51,740 nt of DNA from positions 1 to 51,740 of the IMG/VR virus record IMGVR_UViG_3300044940_000294. One strand, 5' to 3'. The notes beneath the pieces are model-generated. The model saw nothing but the letters and a program-made list of their open reading frames with translations. It was not told the origin of the DNA and searched no databases. Made by a program: the position numbers and the translations under genes. Positions 9,932 to 18,745 of the stretch are shown piece after piece (position 1 is the first letter of the stretch; the number at the start of each line of letters is the position of its first letter). Origin of the DNA: a virus. Taxonomy: Duplodnaviria > Caudoviricetes.

Positions 9932-10375
9932 ATGGAATTTACAACATCACAAGCAGACGTATTTCAGGAAATAGCCGAACAAGAAACGCAAGGAGATAAT
10001 GCTGTCCCTACAAAAAATGCCCCCGAACCGTTGGAAAAAGAAAATAGCATAGAGCTATTTAGCAACTTTTTCTTTTGTTTCTTTCAAAAAGTAAAAGAAC
10101 ACAATGCGTTGGTAGGTAGTAGAGCAGAATTAGAGCCAATACAATTCAAACAAGTAGCTAACTTTATTGTCGGAGAAAAGCTAACGATTGAATTAGTTAA
10201 AGTAATAGGTGGGGAAAAGGTTATTCTATTCATTTATACAAAAACTATAAGGTATTGCACAGCAAATACACCAAAAAGATTATTCGATTTGGTGTATATG
10301 TTATCACAAGGGGAAGAACTCTTTGAGTTTGAAAAAGATAAGATACCAACATGGCAAGACACGCAGGAACAGTAA
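9932..10375 (+). CDS. hypothetical protein
   Basis: ORF behind its own promoter and leader. Confidence 0.7.
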   Translation: MEFTTSQADVFQEIAEQETQGDNAVPTKNAPEPLEKENSIELFSNFFFCFFQKVKEHNALVGSRAELEPIQFKQVANFIVGEKLTIELVKVIGGEKVILFIYTKTIRYCTANTPKRLFDLVYMLSQGEELFEFEKDKIPTWQDTQEQ

Positions 10376-10719
10376 AAAATAACCGTTTCGTTCCTGACGA
10401 CCCTGATTTGTTTAGAAAAGACTTTCAGGAACGAAACGATAAAAAAGTGTGCGTAATCGTAAAATATGAACACGAAACACCAACAGAAATAAAATACTTC
10501 TATGGTGCTATTATTGAGCCTATAAGTAGATATATGAAAAAACAACCACACGAAACCGTTGCTTTTTTTCAGGGCTTATTTTTACCAACCGTAGAAGTGT
10601 ACGGGAATTGGATAGTGCCAAGCGTAAGGCAAATATCCGAACTAAAAAAGCAAGAAATGGCGGAGTTCATAAATCAAATAAAGGACTTTGTAAGAAAATT
10701 AAACTTAATTATAGACTAA
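10351..10719 (+). CDS. NinB-like protein
   Basis: KYFYGAIIEPI...HE..AFF..LFL...S..ELKKQEMAEFINQI pattern. Confidence 0.5.
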   Translation: MARHAGTVKNNRFVPDDPDLFRKDFQERNDKKVCVIVKYEHETPTEIKYFYGAIIEPISRYMKKQPHETVAFFQGLFLPTVEVYGNWIVPSVRQISELKKQEMAEFINQIKDFVRKLNLIID

Positions 10720-10925
10720 TGTACCATAAAGAGGGTAAAAAATTAAAAGATAGGGCTTTACGGTACTTGAACACGTACCAGCCTTATGATAGGCATGAAG
10801 TATATTACCATACCTACAAATGTGAGATAAGTTTGAAGATAGAAACGTCTTGTAACAAAGAAAGCCTATTGCAAGACTTAAAAAGATATTTAGGCTTTCA
10901 AAAAATCCATTTAGTAAACCTTTAA
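10719..10925 (+). CDS. small hypothetical protein
   Basis: TAATG coupling with the upstream gene; followed by a terminator. Confidence 0.6.
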   Translation: MYHKEGKKLKDRALRYLNTYQPYDRHEVYYHTYKCEISLKIETSCNKESLLQDLKRYLGFQKIHLVNL

Positions 10926-10942
10926 ATTATTGTTATTTAAAT

Positions 10943-10975
10943 AGAGATGGGTAGCTTTGCTATTCATCTCTTTTT
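10943..10975 (+). terminator. intrinsic terminator
   Basis: AGAGATGGGTAGC-TTT-GCTATTCATCTCT followed by a T run. Confidence 0.7.
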
Positions 10976-10987
10976 CTTATTTAAGCT

Positions 10988-11503
10988 ATGGAAAAAAATA
11001 CGCAATTAAGTCTATTGACACTACCTAAATTCAAGGTAGAAGTATCAAAAAATCCAGTTCATGCCGAACACTTTTCACCCGAAGAAAATGGTGCGGAATA
11101 TGAAATCGTGAGCCAACGTAGGTACTTTGAAATCATGCGTGAAAAGATACCAGATTTCAAAATGAGTAACATTAGTTATGCGATTACCTCGAATCGCATA
11201 CATAGCATTGATGTTCACGGAGAGAAACTAATCATACTAAGCCCTAAGAGTTTAGGCTATAAAAAACTCAAAAAGGGCAATACAGGGAATTGGAAAACCG
11301 TTGCTAATGCCCGATACAAAAGTGAACCCGAACCATTTAGAAGGATTGTTCTGCGAAACAGGGGCGATATAGATGCCCTCAACAACCAAGACTTTCACGA
11401 AAGTTATTCGGGTAAGTCGTACATCTTAGTTGATAAGACAAGACCCGATAATTGGGTGGTTGTGCAACTTATCAAAAAGACGAACATTAAGGAGTTAGTT
11501 TAA
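10988..11503 (+). CDS. hypothetical protein
   Basis: 171-aa ORF; no recognised motif. Confidence 0.65.
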   Translation: MEKNTQLSLLTLPKFKVEVSKNPVHAEHFSPEENGAEYEIVSQRRYFEIMREKIPDFKMSNISYAITSNRIHSIDVHGEKLIILSPKSLGYKKLKKGNTGNWKTVANARYKSEPEPFRRIVLRNRGDIDALNNQDFHESYSGKSYILVDKTRPDNWVVVQLIKKTNIKELV

Positions 11504-11956
11504 CGCCTTTTTAGCAATTCTATTTATTTCATTGCGGGTAGCCTCCATTACCATACGCCACAGTGGTCGTGGAGGTATATTCTTTGAAGGGCTACCGTAT
11601 TCCAGCACCTTAGCGTATTTGTGTATTGGCTGACCTTTGCTGTTTTTGGCGTTAATGGGGATGCCAATATGAACGACCATCTTAGTCTTATCTACCCACG
11701 AACTAATACTTTGGAATAAAGAAGAACTCTTGACTAATATCTTTTCTGAAAAGCCCTTTTTGATTTTGTAAGCCAAGTATTTAGCCCTTAACGGTGTCCA
11801 ATTCATGGATTGCGTGCTGATTGTTTTTTTGGCTAAGGTTTCTCCGTACAAGCCTATTTTCTGCAAAGCCTCTACTTGTTTGGCTTCCATTTGGTTGCCC
11901 AAATCCTCAAATGCCTTACGTACACTATCAAAGTTGTTTAATTCAATTTTTATCAT
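11495..11956 (-). CDS. virion morphogenesis / neck protein (HK97 gp10 / Mu gpG-like)
   Basis: W.PL...Y...K...KILV.S..L..SI...YAKVLEYGSPSKNIPPRPLW. Confidence 0.8.
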   Translation of the reverse strand: MIKIELNNFDSVRKAFEDLGNQMEAKQVEALQKIGLYGETLAKKTISTQSMNWTPLRAKYLAYKIKKGFSEKILVKSSSLFQSISSWVDKTKMVVHIGIPINAKNSKGQPIHKYAKVLEYGSPSKNIPPRPLWRMVMEATRNEINRIAKKALN

Positions 11957-12023
11957 AAAAATTAATATCTTTATTTTTTTTTCAAAATAATGTTATTATA
12001 TTTGCTAATAAATATAAGCATTT

Positions 12024-12176
12024 ATGAAACACATAGCTATTCTACTGTCAATATTTTTATTGGCAGCTTGTAAGACTCTTACTCCTGCGGAAAAGGCACG
12101 TAGGGAGTATATTAAAACTGTATCACCTTACAAGCCTGTTACGGCAGAACCAATTAGAAAAGAAACAATAAAATAG
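12024..12176 (+). CDS. small lipoprotein (50 aa, absent from the ORF track)
   Basis: MKHIAILLSIFLLAAC lipobox (Cys16); TATATTTG -7 box at 11997-12004. Confidence 0.7.
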   Translation: MKHIAILLSIFLLAACKTLTPAEKARREYIKTVSPYKPVTAEPIRKETIK

Positions 12177-12182
12177 AGTAAC

Positions 12183-12266
12183 GGCACACACAAGGCAAGT
12201 CGGTGGCAATAAACCACCGTCCATGCGGAGCAATCTTAAATGGTGGGTTCGAGTCCCAGTGTGCCA
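12183..12266 (+). ncRNA. tRNA-like RNA / pseudo-tRNA lacking a D-arm
   Basis: 7-bp acceptor stem GGCACAC/GTGTGCC plus A; T-arm TGGG-TTCGAGT-CCCA; hairpin CGGTGG-CAATAAA-CCACCG. Confidence 0.6.
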
Positions 12267-12282
12267 CTAAAATCTCACGATT

Positions 12283-12671
12283 ATGAAATTAAAAACATTC
12301 TTTTACATACAAACGACATTTATTATTCAAGCATATTTAGAAAACGACTTTGCTAATATATGCGAAATAAATAGAGTGAGGCTTTAACTGCTTTTGATAT
12401 TCTTATCACAAGTAAAAAAAATGCTTTTCGTAAATTCACGCACTCACGTACAACGCAAGGAGAGTTGTTAGGTAAATTCCAAGATGGTGAAATAAGTTTA
12501 GAACAATATACCCATGCCTCATTTGCCAAAGCAGTAACGGGGGAATTAGAAGAATTTGAGAATAATTTGTTTATGAACTTATTTTTTGGTGAAATGTCAT
12601 CACCTAATGAATTATCAATAGGTGTGCCGAAAGGGTTTAGTTCAGATGACATTACACCTATTAATCCTTAA
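12283..12671 (+). pseudogene. possible frameshifted hypothetical gene
   Basis: ORF from ATG 12283 stops at 12387; a second frame is open 12375-12671. Confidence 0.35.
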
Positions 12672-12716
12672 TCACCATGAAAAAAGACGTAAATAACATT
12701 TGATTTACCACAAACA

Positions 12717-12755
12717 AAAAAACAGTTGTCAAGTATTTCTTGACAACTGTTTTTT
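12717..12755. terminator. bidirectional intrinsic terminator
   Basis: AAAAAACAGTTGTCAAG-TATTT-CTTGACAACTGTTTTTT between convergent units. Confidence 0.85.
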
Positions 12756-12783
12756 AATTCCACCGAATCGAGGTAATTAAAAA

Positions 12784-15021
12784 TTACACTATTGCACCCA
12801 AAACACCCCTGCAATGACAATGAAATGGTGGCTTACTAAAACCCCTATCCGCTAATTGTTCCTCTGTCAGGTTCCGAAAGTCATCTATGCCTACACTTGT
12901 CGCAAATGGTGGCAAATCATCTAAACCATTCTCCAATTCATTAATAAGGTTCGCAACAGACTTTTTCACGAAAAACTCCTTACCATTCATTACTTTACAA
13001 TGAGGGCAGGTAAGCCTATCATTAACTTCTATGATAGTGTACTTTTCTACCTTTGCTTGCTGCATATACAACAAATTTGCATTGGTACGAACCTTATTCA
13101 TGGTTGTATTGATGACCCTTGTTATTTTCCATTGTTCAAGCTGTAAAACATTTTGCAGGTCATTCGTTACTTCTTGCACCAAATCAGCAATGTCCGTGTC
13201 GCCTTCGTAATAAGCCCTCAAAAGTTGTGTAAGCCTTGTAACCATTTCAGGGTCAGTAATGATATTGCCCAAATACTGTATGTCCGCAGCAATCAAATAA
13301 TCTATAACCCTCTGGTCAAGGAAATTACTTGTAGGGTCTGGTGGCACGAAGTCAAAATTGAATTTCGTACCAAACACCCTTTTGTCTTTCCGAAAGTAAT
13401 CATAGCTATTGCTTACGTGCTTTGTGCAAATGTCTTTTAAATTGCCTATAAACGACTTTCCCCCTACATTGGCTAATTTATCAAGTATTGCCTTTTCAAG
13501 TGCCTCAAACGATTTGTATTCTTTTTTTAGCACACTTTTACAAGCCTTACCAAAGTCATCTATAAAGTCATTGTATAGTTTTTCAGCGGCATTGATGTAA
13601 TCCTTTGCAAATTGGTTCTGTTTACGGTCAGGGAACCCCGCGTACGCTAAACATTCTTTCGGAATGGAATAATCAAACTTCGCCTTAGTTGCTGTAAAAG
13701 AAAATTGTTGTGGCTCGTCTTGTATGTAAGGCTGACTATAACCTAATCTTTCTGCGTATTGTTGCTTGCTAATAATGCCGTCTGCAAACAACTTTTGCAT
13801 ATTGCTTATTTGCTTTTCCGTAATTTGTTCTGCCAATAACCTATCTTCGGGCATTGCCTCCTCAAATTCAATGGTTACGCTTCTTGGAGAATAGCCCGCC
13901 AATGTCAATTCTAACAAAATGGTTTCTTCTAACCATGTAGCTACTCTTTGCTGAAAAGCCCTGTATTGTTGTGCCATTTTTTTCAACACAACCTTGGTAA
14001 AAGCCTCACTAACAGTATAGCTCTCCCCCATCATGTTAGGGTCTTGTTTTAAACTTTGATAAGTAATCAAATTGATTATCTTGAAAAAAGACTCCACCCC
14101 ATTTGCATTAGAATTAGCATTTTCAATCTCCATTTCATATTGGTTTTTTAAACCAACCACAATGCCATTCGCACTGCTCCGTTGCACGGCTTTGTACGTG
14201 TCTTGTAAATATTTCTGAACTCTTTGCTCATACACATCGTCAGCCTCACCATCTTGCTGTTCTGGGGCATCTACCAACACTTTATACAACCCTGCAATAC
14301 CAACCTTACGCAATATTGTCTTAAAGGACTTCCACATTTCATTTTCAAAAGCAACGCTGTCTATCACAGACAACAAAAAAGGAACACCGTACAAAGAAGT
14401 ATCTGTAAGCTGCAAAGGAATGTAGCTATAAGTCTTTCCTAATGGTGTCCCCATAATACCAAAGTTATCTAAATTATTTAACTGCACCAAGTAAGGTTTT
14501 TCGTTCCCCTTACGAACCCAACGTATTGTATAAGGATTAATAAACTCTATTCTATCAATCCCTGATAGATTTTTGTTTATTATCCTATCAATGCTTATAC
14601 AGCCCTTTACAGCTAACTGGAAGAATATAGTGTCTAAAATCACATCATTCCCGCCTACGTACCATTCATTCATTTTTGCCTCAATGTGGCTACGCATTTG
14701 TCGCTGTTTTCGTGGGGCGATTGTTTCATCAAAGTAGATTTGATATTTAGTATTCGCTAATTTGATGTTACTTATAGCTAAACTCACCTTTGGGTGGTGA
14801 ACCGCCAAATTGCCTAACATCAACAAAATACTTGGTTCAAACTCATCCCTTTGGTACATAGGTATATCACCTATTACCGTACCGTAACTATCCGTAGGGG
14901 CAGCCGTATTACCAGGGAGTACCTCCAATTTCCTAACATTCTTTTCATCTGTTGTTAATTTAATCCTATGTCTTTGAAAAATAGGATTAAAATAATTATA
15001 TATTTTGTTAAATATTGACAT
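12784..15021 (-). CDS. portal protein fused to Mu gpF-like head morphogenesis domain
   Basis: Follows terL; portal-like N-terminal ~440 aa (YGVPFL..., YAERLGY); C-terminal D.LTCPHC..MNG...PPFHCHCRG. Confidence 0.8.
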   Translation of the reverse strand: MSIFNKIYNYFNPIFQRHRIKLTTDEKNVRKLEVLPGNTAAPTDSYGTVIGDIPMYQRDEFEPSILLMLGNLAVHHPKVSLAISNIKLANTKYQIYFDETIAPRKQRQMRSHIEAKMNEWYVGGNDVILDTIFFQLAVKGCISIDRIINKNLSGIDRIEFINPYTIRWVRKGNEKPYLVQLNNLDNFGIMGTPLGKTYSYIPLQLTDTSLYGVPFLLSVIDSVAFENEMWKSFKTILRKVGIAGLYKVLVDAPEQQDGEADDVYEQRVQKYLQDTYKAVQRSSANGIVVGLKNQYEMEIENANSNANGVESFFKIINLITYQSLKQDPNMMGESYTVSEAFTKVVLKKMAQQYRAFQQRVATWLEETILLELTLAGYSPRSVTIEFEEAMPEDRLLAEQITEKQISNMQKLFADGIISKQQYAERLGYSQPYIQDEPQQFSFTATKAKFDYSIPKECLAYAGFPDRKQNQFAKDYINAAEKLYNDFIDDFGKACKSVLKKEYKSFEALEKAILDKLANVGGKSFIGNLKDICTKHVSNSYDYFRKDKRVFGTKFNFDFVPPDPTSNFLDQRVIDYLIAADIQYLGNIITDPEMVTRLTQLLRAYYEGDTDIADLVQEVTNDLQNVLQLEQWKITRVINTTMNKVRTNANLLYMQQAKVEKYTIIEVNDRLTCPHCKVMNGKEFFVKKSVANLINELENGLDDLPPFATSVGIDDFRNLTEEQLADRGFSKPPFHCHCRGVLGAIV

Positions 15022-15052
15022 ATCAATAAAGTATTAAAAGTACATTATTTTT

Positions 15053-16387
15053 TTAATATGGCAGAGCTATTCCACTCGCAAAAATTCTTTTTTCGGGCTG
15101 CAAATCAAAGTAAGACCGCATCATTAGCATATCTGAAAAGTCAGGCGACCTACCTATCGCCTTTTTGATTTCGTCTTTTTTCAAGACGGCTAATTTCCCC
15201 TCTTTGTCAATTTTTGCATTTTTTATGAACCCTAACTCCTGATTCAAAAAGTTCTTATCTTCTAAGGATAATTTAGCCTCAATATAAACTTCGTTGTTGT
15301 TGATTTTATCTGCCAAATAGAAGTGGCATTGGTCTTTCAAACTAGCGTACTCTACTTTTTGCCCTTTGATAGCAATAGGTTTTGAGCCGTTGTGAAACGA
15401 AATAGCATTTTGCAAATAGCCTTTGAGGTAAGCCCCTATACCGTCTCCGTCATACACTATTCTACGGTGTGGTACGTTATGCCTATCGGCTGTCTTACGT
15501 ATGACTTCCTCTATTTCATTAGCCTTGCTTTTTTTCAGTACAATGACTTCTACCAATCTCCACCCATTCCAAACGCCTAAGACGAATTTATCCGAACCAT
15601 GCAAGGCTATATCGGCAGTAATGTACTTATTGCCACCCGCCACAAAAAAGTTTGTATAAAGGTCTGCAATAGCACTGTATTCAATTAGTTTCGCGGGGTC
15701 ATCGTCATAATCCCAGTTTCCCTTTAACAATCTCTCTATACTTGCTTCGTCCAAAGAAGCAAGGTTATCTATGTACCGTTTAGCAAGGTGTGGGTTGTCG
15801 GTAGCAAGAGCCTGTATAAATTGAATTCCTTTTGGGAGTAATCCCTTGCGGTATTTATCAAAGTAATTGTCGTAAACCCAATTTTTTGCAGGGTTACAAG
15901 ACATTAGTATTTTTTCAATGCCGTAAACGTCTAACCTGTGCCGACAACGTGATTTTACTACGTTCTTTGCCTTTTCTACTAATTGGTTTACTTCGTCCAA
16001 AAAAGCCCCTGTAATTTCCAAAGAACCTAAGTTGTCAAATTCGGGATCAGAAGGATAGTGAAACAAGTCTTTCAGGATAATTACTGAACCGTTTGAAAAC
16101 CGTATTTCATTGGCTTGCTGATTGAATACATAGTGCTTATTAGCTTTTATGTTTTGCATACTTGCCACTTTATAGAAAGACTGCAAAGTGGTTTGTTTCA
16201 AGATATTTAATTTTTTACGCCCCATTAGCCACCTTGTATCGGGGTAACGCATAGCACTTTTCAACAAGAAATAAACCCCCAAAATAGATTTACCTCCGCC
16301 TGCTGCACCACCGTACAGCACTTCAGAGGTTTCTCTATCTTGGATAAAATCCAATGCTTTAGTTTGTTTCTTGTTGAGGACTATCAT
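15053..16387 (-). CDS. terL: terminase large subunit
   Basis: YGGAAGGGKS, AFLDE, CNP, ITADIA, SPDFSD. Confidence 0.95.
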   Translation of the reverse strand: MIVLNKKQTKALDFIQDRETSEVLYGGAAGGGKSILGVYFLLKSAMRYPDTRWLMGRKKLNILKQTTLQSFYKVASMQNIKANKHYVFNQQANEIRFSNGSVIILKDLFHYPSDPEFDNLGSLEITGAFLDEVNQLVEKAKNVVKSRCRHRLDVYGIEKILMSCNPAKNWVYDNYFDKYRKGLLPKGIQFIQALATDNPHLAKRYIDNLASLDEASIERLLKGNWDYDDDPAKLIEYSAIADLYTNFFVAGGNKYITADIALHGSDKFVLGVWNGWRLVEVIVLKKSKANEIEEVIRKTADRHNVPHRRIVYDGDGIGAYLKGYLQNAISFHNGSKPIAIKGQKVEYASLKDQCHFYLADKINNNEVYIEAKLSLEDKNFLNQELGFIKNAKIDKEGKLAVLKKDEIKKAIGRSPDFSDMLMMRSYFDLQPEKRIFASGIALPY

Positions 16388-16976
16388 TTATTGTTTCAGG
16401 CTGTTCTTCTGTACTATCATCAAATAACTCTGGTGTTGCTGAGGTTTCATAGGTTTTAATTTCTTCCCAAATGATACTATCGTCTTGGGTTGTATCAATG
16501 TCCTTATCTAATCCTAAAAGTTTTGATTGCTGCAAAAGACTATCTACGGCTATTTTTAGTAGTCTTGCGTCTCCAACGGCTTCAATAGTTTTTATATAGG
16601 TTTCATCTATTGTGTTTGCGGTTTCATCAAACATATCAGAAGCACGCCCAGCTTGTTTTGGTCTTCCTCTGGGTGCTGTTCGTTTTTTGATATACTTTTC
16701 TTTTCTCTCTTGTTTAGAGATTTCATAGTCTTTGAGCGACAAATTATAGATGTATCTGTATTGCTCTAAGAGTCTTTTTTTTTCTTCCCCTATATTTATT
16801 TCAGGCACATTTAAATCCCTATAATACTGTACAATCCTTTTTATAGAGGAAATGGAATATACTTTATGGTTATTGTCAGCTAACCACTGTTGTATTTCTG
16901 CGTGTGTAAACCCTTCAAGTGATTTTTTATAGATAACAGGAGCTAATCTTTCTCTATTTTTATTACTTCTTGCCAT
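16359..16976 (-). CDS. probable terminase small subunit
   Basis: Overlaps the terL start; HTH-like N-terminus; ...SKLLGL motif and acidic tail. Confidence 0.65.
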   Translation of the reverse strand: MARSNKNRERLAPVIYKKSLEGFTHAEIQQWLADNNHKVYSISSIKRIVQYYRDLNVPEINIGEEKKRLLEQYRYIYNLSLKDYEISKQERKEKYIKKRTAPRGRPKQAGRASDMFDETANTIDETYIKTIEAVGDARLLKIAVDSLLQQSKLLGLDKDIDTTQDDSIIWEEIKTYETSATPELFDDSTEEQPETINDSPQQETN

Positions 16977-17044
16977 AAAACTACATAATAACTTTATTTG
17001 ATTTTGGCAAGTAAAGTTACTATTTTTTTCAATAAATCAAATCG

Positions 17045-17481
17045 TGTAGAGATTATTTTTGTTTTTTGCCTCAAAAAAATAGGTTATGATTGATAATCAA
17101 TTAGTTAGCTAAAAAAACTTGTAGAGATTAATAGGACTTATCCAAGTCTAACAGAAACTATAACAAAACTCTACAATCTATAACTATCTTATTATCAATT
17201 ATATATATTATATATTATATATTACTGTAGAAATATATATAGTATATATAATAATAAAGTAATAATAGTAATAAGGTAGTAGGTATATAGGTATATAGTA
17301 AATAAAATACTATAGTAGATTACGAAGATGTTTTTTTGCGAAAAAAGTCTATATCTCTACAGTCCTATTTTTTTTTCTTGTAACTTATTGATAAATAATA
17401 AGTTGATAGTCAAAAAAGGCTGTATAGATTTGTTATAGGTGTTGTTAGACTTTAAATAATACTATTAATGTCTAACAGAAA
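17045..17481. repeat. putative replication origin: inverted and direct repeats around an AT-rich core
   Basis: 32-bp inverted repeat 17144-17175 / 17421-17452 (27/32 identical); several TGTAGAGAT-like and GTCTAACA copies; two IHF-consensus sites; TATA-rich centre. Confidence 0.6.
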
Positions 17482-17788
17482 GAAATATTAAAAAAACAAC
17501 TATCTTTATTTATTATTTTAAAATAAAGGTATTAATTTTGACACTACAAAAAAATAATGCCTATTTAGGCAAAATTTAGAAAACTATACCCGCAGGAAAT
17601 AAAAAATGGGGACAAAAACGGCAATCCTTACTACTCTAAGAGGGGAAGAAACATAGCTAATGAGCTAATCAGAACTCAAAAGCAAATTAACCAAAGACTT
17701 TTAGAGGAATGTACTAAAAGGCTGTAATTGTGGTAGAAACACCCCTTTTGCGTGCCTATACGATTAATTTTTTTAATAATTTATTTAA

Positions 17789-17836
17789 AAAATTGCTAAC
17801 TTTATTTTGTTTTATCAAATAAAGTTAGCAATTTTG
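17789..17836 (+). promoter_or_regulatory. longest palindrome copy plus -7-like box
   Basis: AAAATTGCTAACTTTATTT-N9-AAATAAAGTTAGCAATTTT with 19-bp perfect arms; CAATTTTG at 17829-17836. Confidence 0.75.
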
Positions 17837-17964
17837 CTTTGTCTTTTAGGAGGTAATAATGCCTTTACTCGTAATGTACCGCCTGCCGAATTAAAACACG
17901 CTGGGCAAAATGAATGAACTAAGTACGATAGCTTTATCGGACTTTCTGAAAAATCTCCAAGACT

Positions 17965-17990
17965 ACTACCGTAGAAATACGGTAGTTTTT
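17965..17990 (+). terminator. intrinsic terminator / attenuator upstream of the HNH gene
   Basis: ACTACCGTA-GAAA-TACGGTAGT-TTTT. Confidence 0.75.
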
Positions 17991-18100
17991 ACATCTTGCT
18001 GAACAATATATTAACTTCTACGGTGAGTTGTTTGGGCAACAAATAGCTATTGAAAAAGTAGAGAGTATTGGGGTATGGAGTTTTATTAATTTTAAAGTTA

Positions 18101-18745
18101 ATGGATAAAAGAAGAAAGTATTGGACTGCTGAGGAAATTTCTTTGTTAAAAGAGATATTCCCGCACAACCATACCAATAAGGTTTGCGAAAAAATTGGTA
18201 AGTCTTATTATGCAGTGGCTAACATGGCTAATATTTTAGGGTTAAAAAAAGACCCTGAATTTAAGGCTGCAATGCTTGAAAGGTTAGGCAGACAATTAGA
18301 GAATAAGGGTACACAATATCGGTTTAAAAAGGGCGTTCCACCGCATAATGCGGGTAAAAAGACACCAGAGCATATTTTAGAAAAATGTAGGCATACATTT
18401 TTCAAAAAAGGGAATATTCCGCCTAATGCCAAAAAAGAATGGACTGAAGTATATAGAACGGACAAATTAGGGAAAAAGTACACTATGATAAAATTACCTA
18501 ATGAAAGACGTTTACGGTACAAACATATATGGCTTTGGGAGCAACATAATGGGAAAGTTCCCGAAGGCTATAATGTAGTGTTTAAAGATAAGAACCCTTT
18601 GAATTGTACGATTGAAAATTTGGAGTGCATTAGTAAGGCGGAGTTAATGAAACGCAATACTATGCAGCGTTTCCCAAAAGAGTTGCAAACGGTAATGAGA
18701 TTAGTCAAAAAAATAAAACGGATAACCAATGAGAAACAAAATTGA
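18101..18745 (+). CDS. HNH endonuclease-domain protein
   Basis: KHIWLWEQHNGKVPEGYNVVFKDKNPLNCTIENLECIS; repeated FKKG..P.N motifs; N-terminal WT.EE repeat. Confidence 0.85.
   Translation: MDKRRKYWTAEEISLLKEIFPHNHTNKVCEKIGKSYYAVANMANILGLKKDPEFKAAMLERLGRQLENKGTQYRFKKGVPPHNAGKKTPEHILEKCRHTFFKKGNIPPNAKKEWTEVYRTDKLGKKYTMIKLPNERRLRYKHIWLWEQHNGKVPEGYNVVFKDKNPLNCTIENLECISKAELMKRNTMQRFPKELQTVMRLVKKIKRITNEKQN

Noticed and set aside
12360-17727. Amber (TAG) stop-codon reassignment, suggested by two small ORFs with early in-frame TAG and a tRNA-like gene
   Set aside because: Large genes are intact in code 11, several end at TAG at sensible positions (e.g. 1111, 4064, 21856), and the tRNA-like loop has no CTA anticodon
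17880-17930. SAM-II/V riboswitch or small ribozyme
   Set aside because: Only superficial similarity; the required pairings and conserved cores could not be built by hand
16977-18100. CRISPR array in the long intergenic region
   Set aside because: Repeats are short, degenerate and in both orientations with no regular repeat-spacer period; no cas genes (41350-42177 is a stand-alone PD-(D/E)XK nuclease)
18101-18745. IscB/OMEGA-type RNA-guided nuclease
   Set aside because: No PLMP or RuvC motifs; the protein is a short phage HNH type
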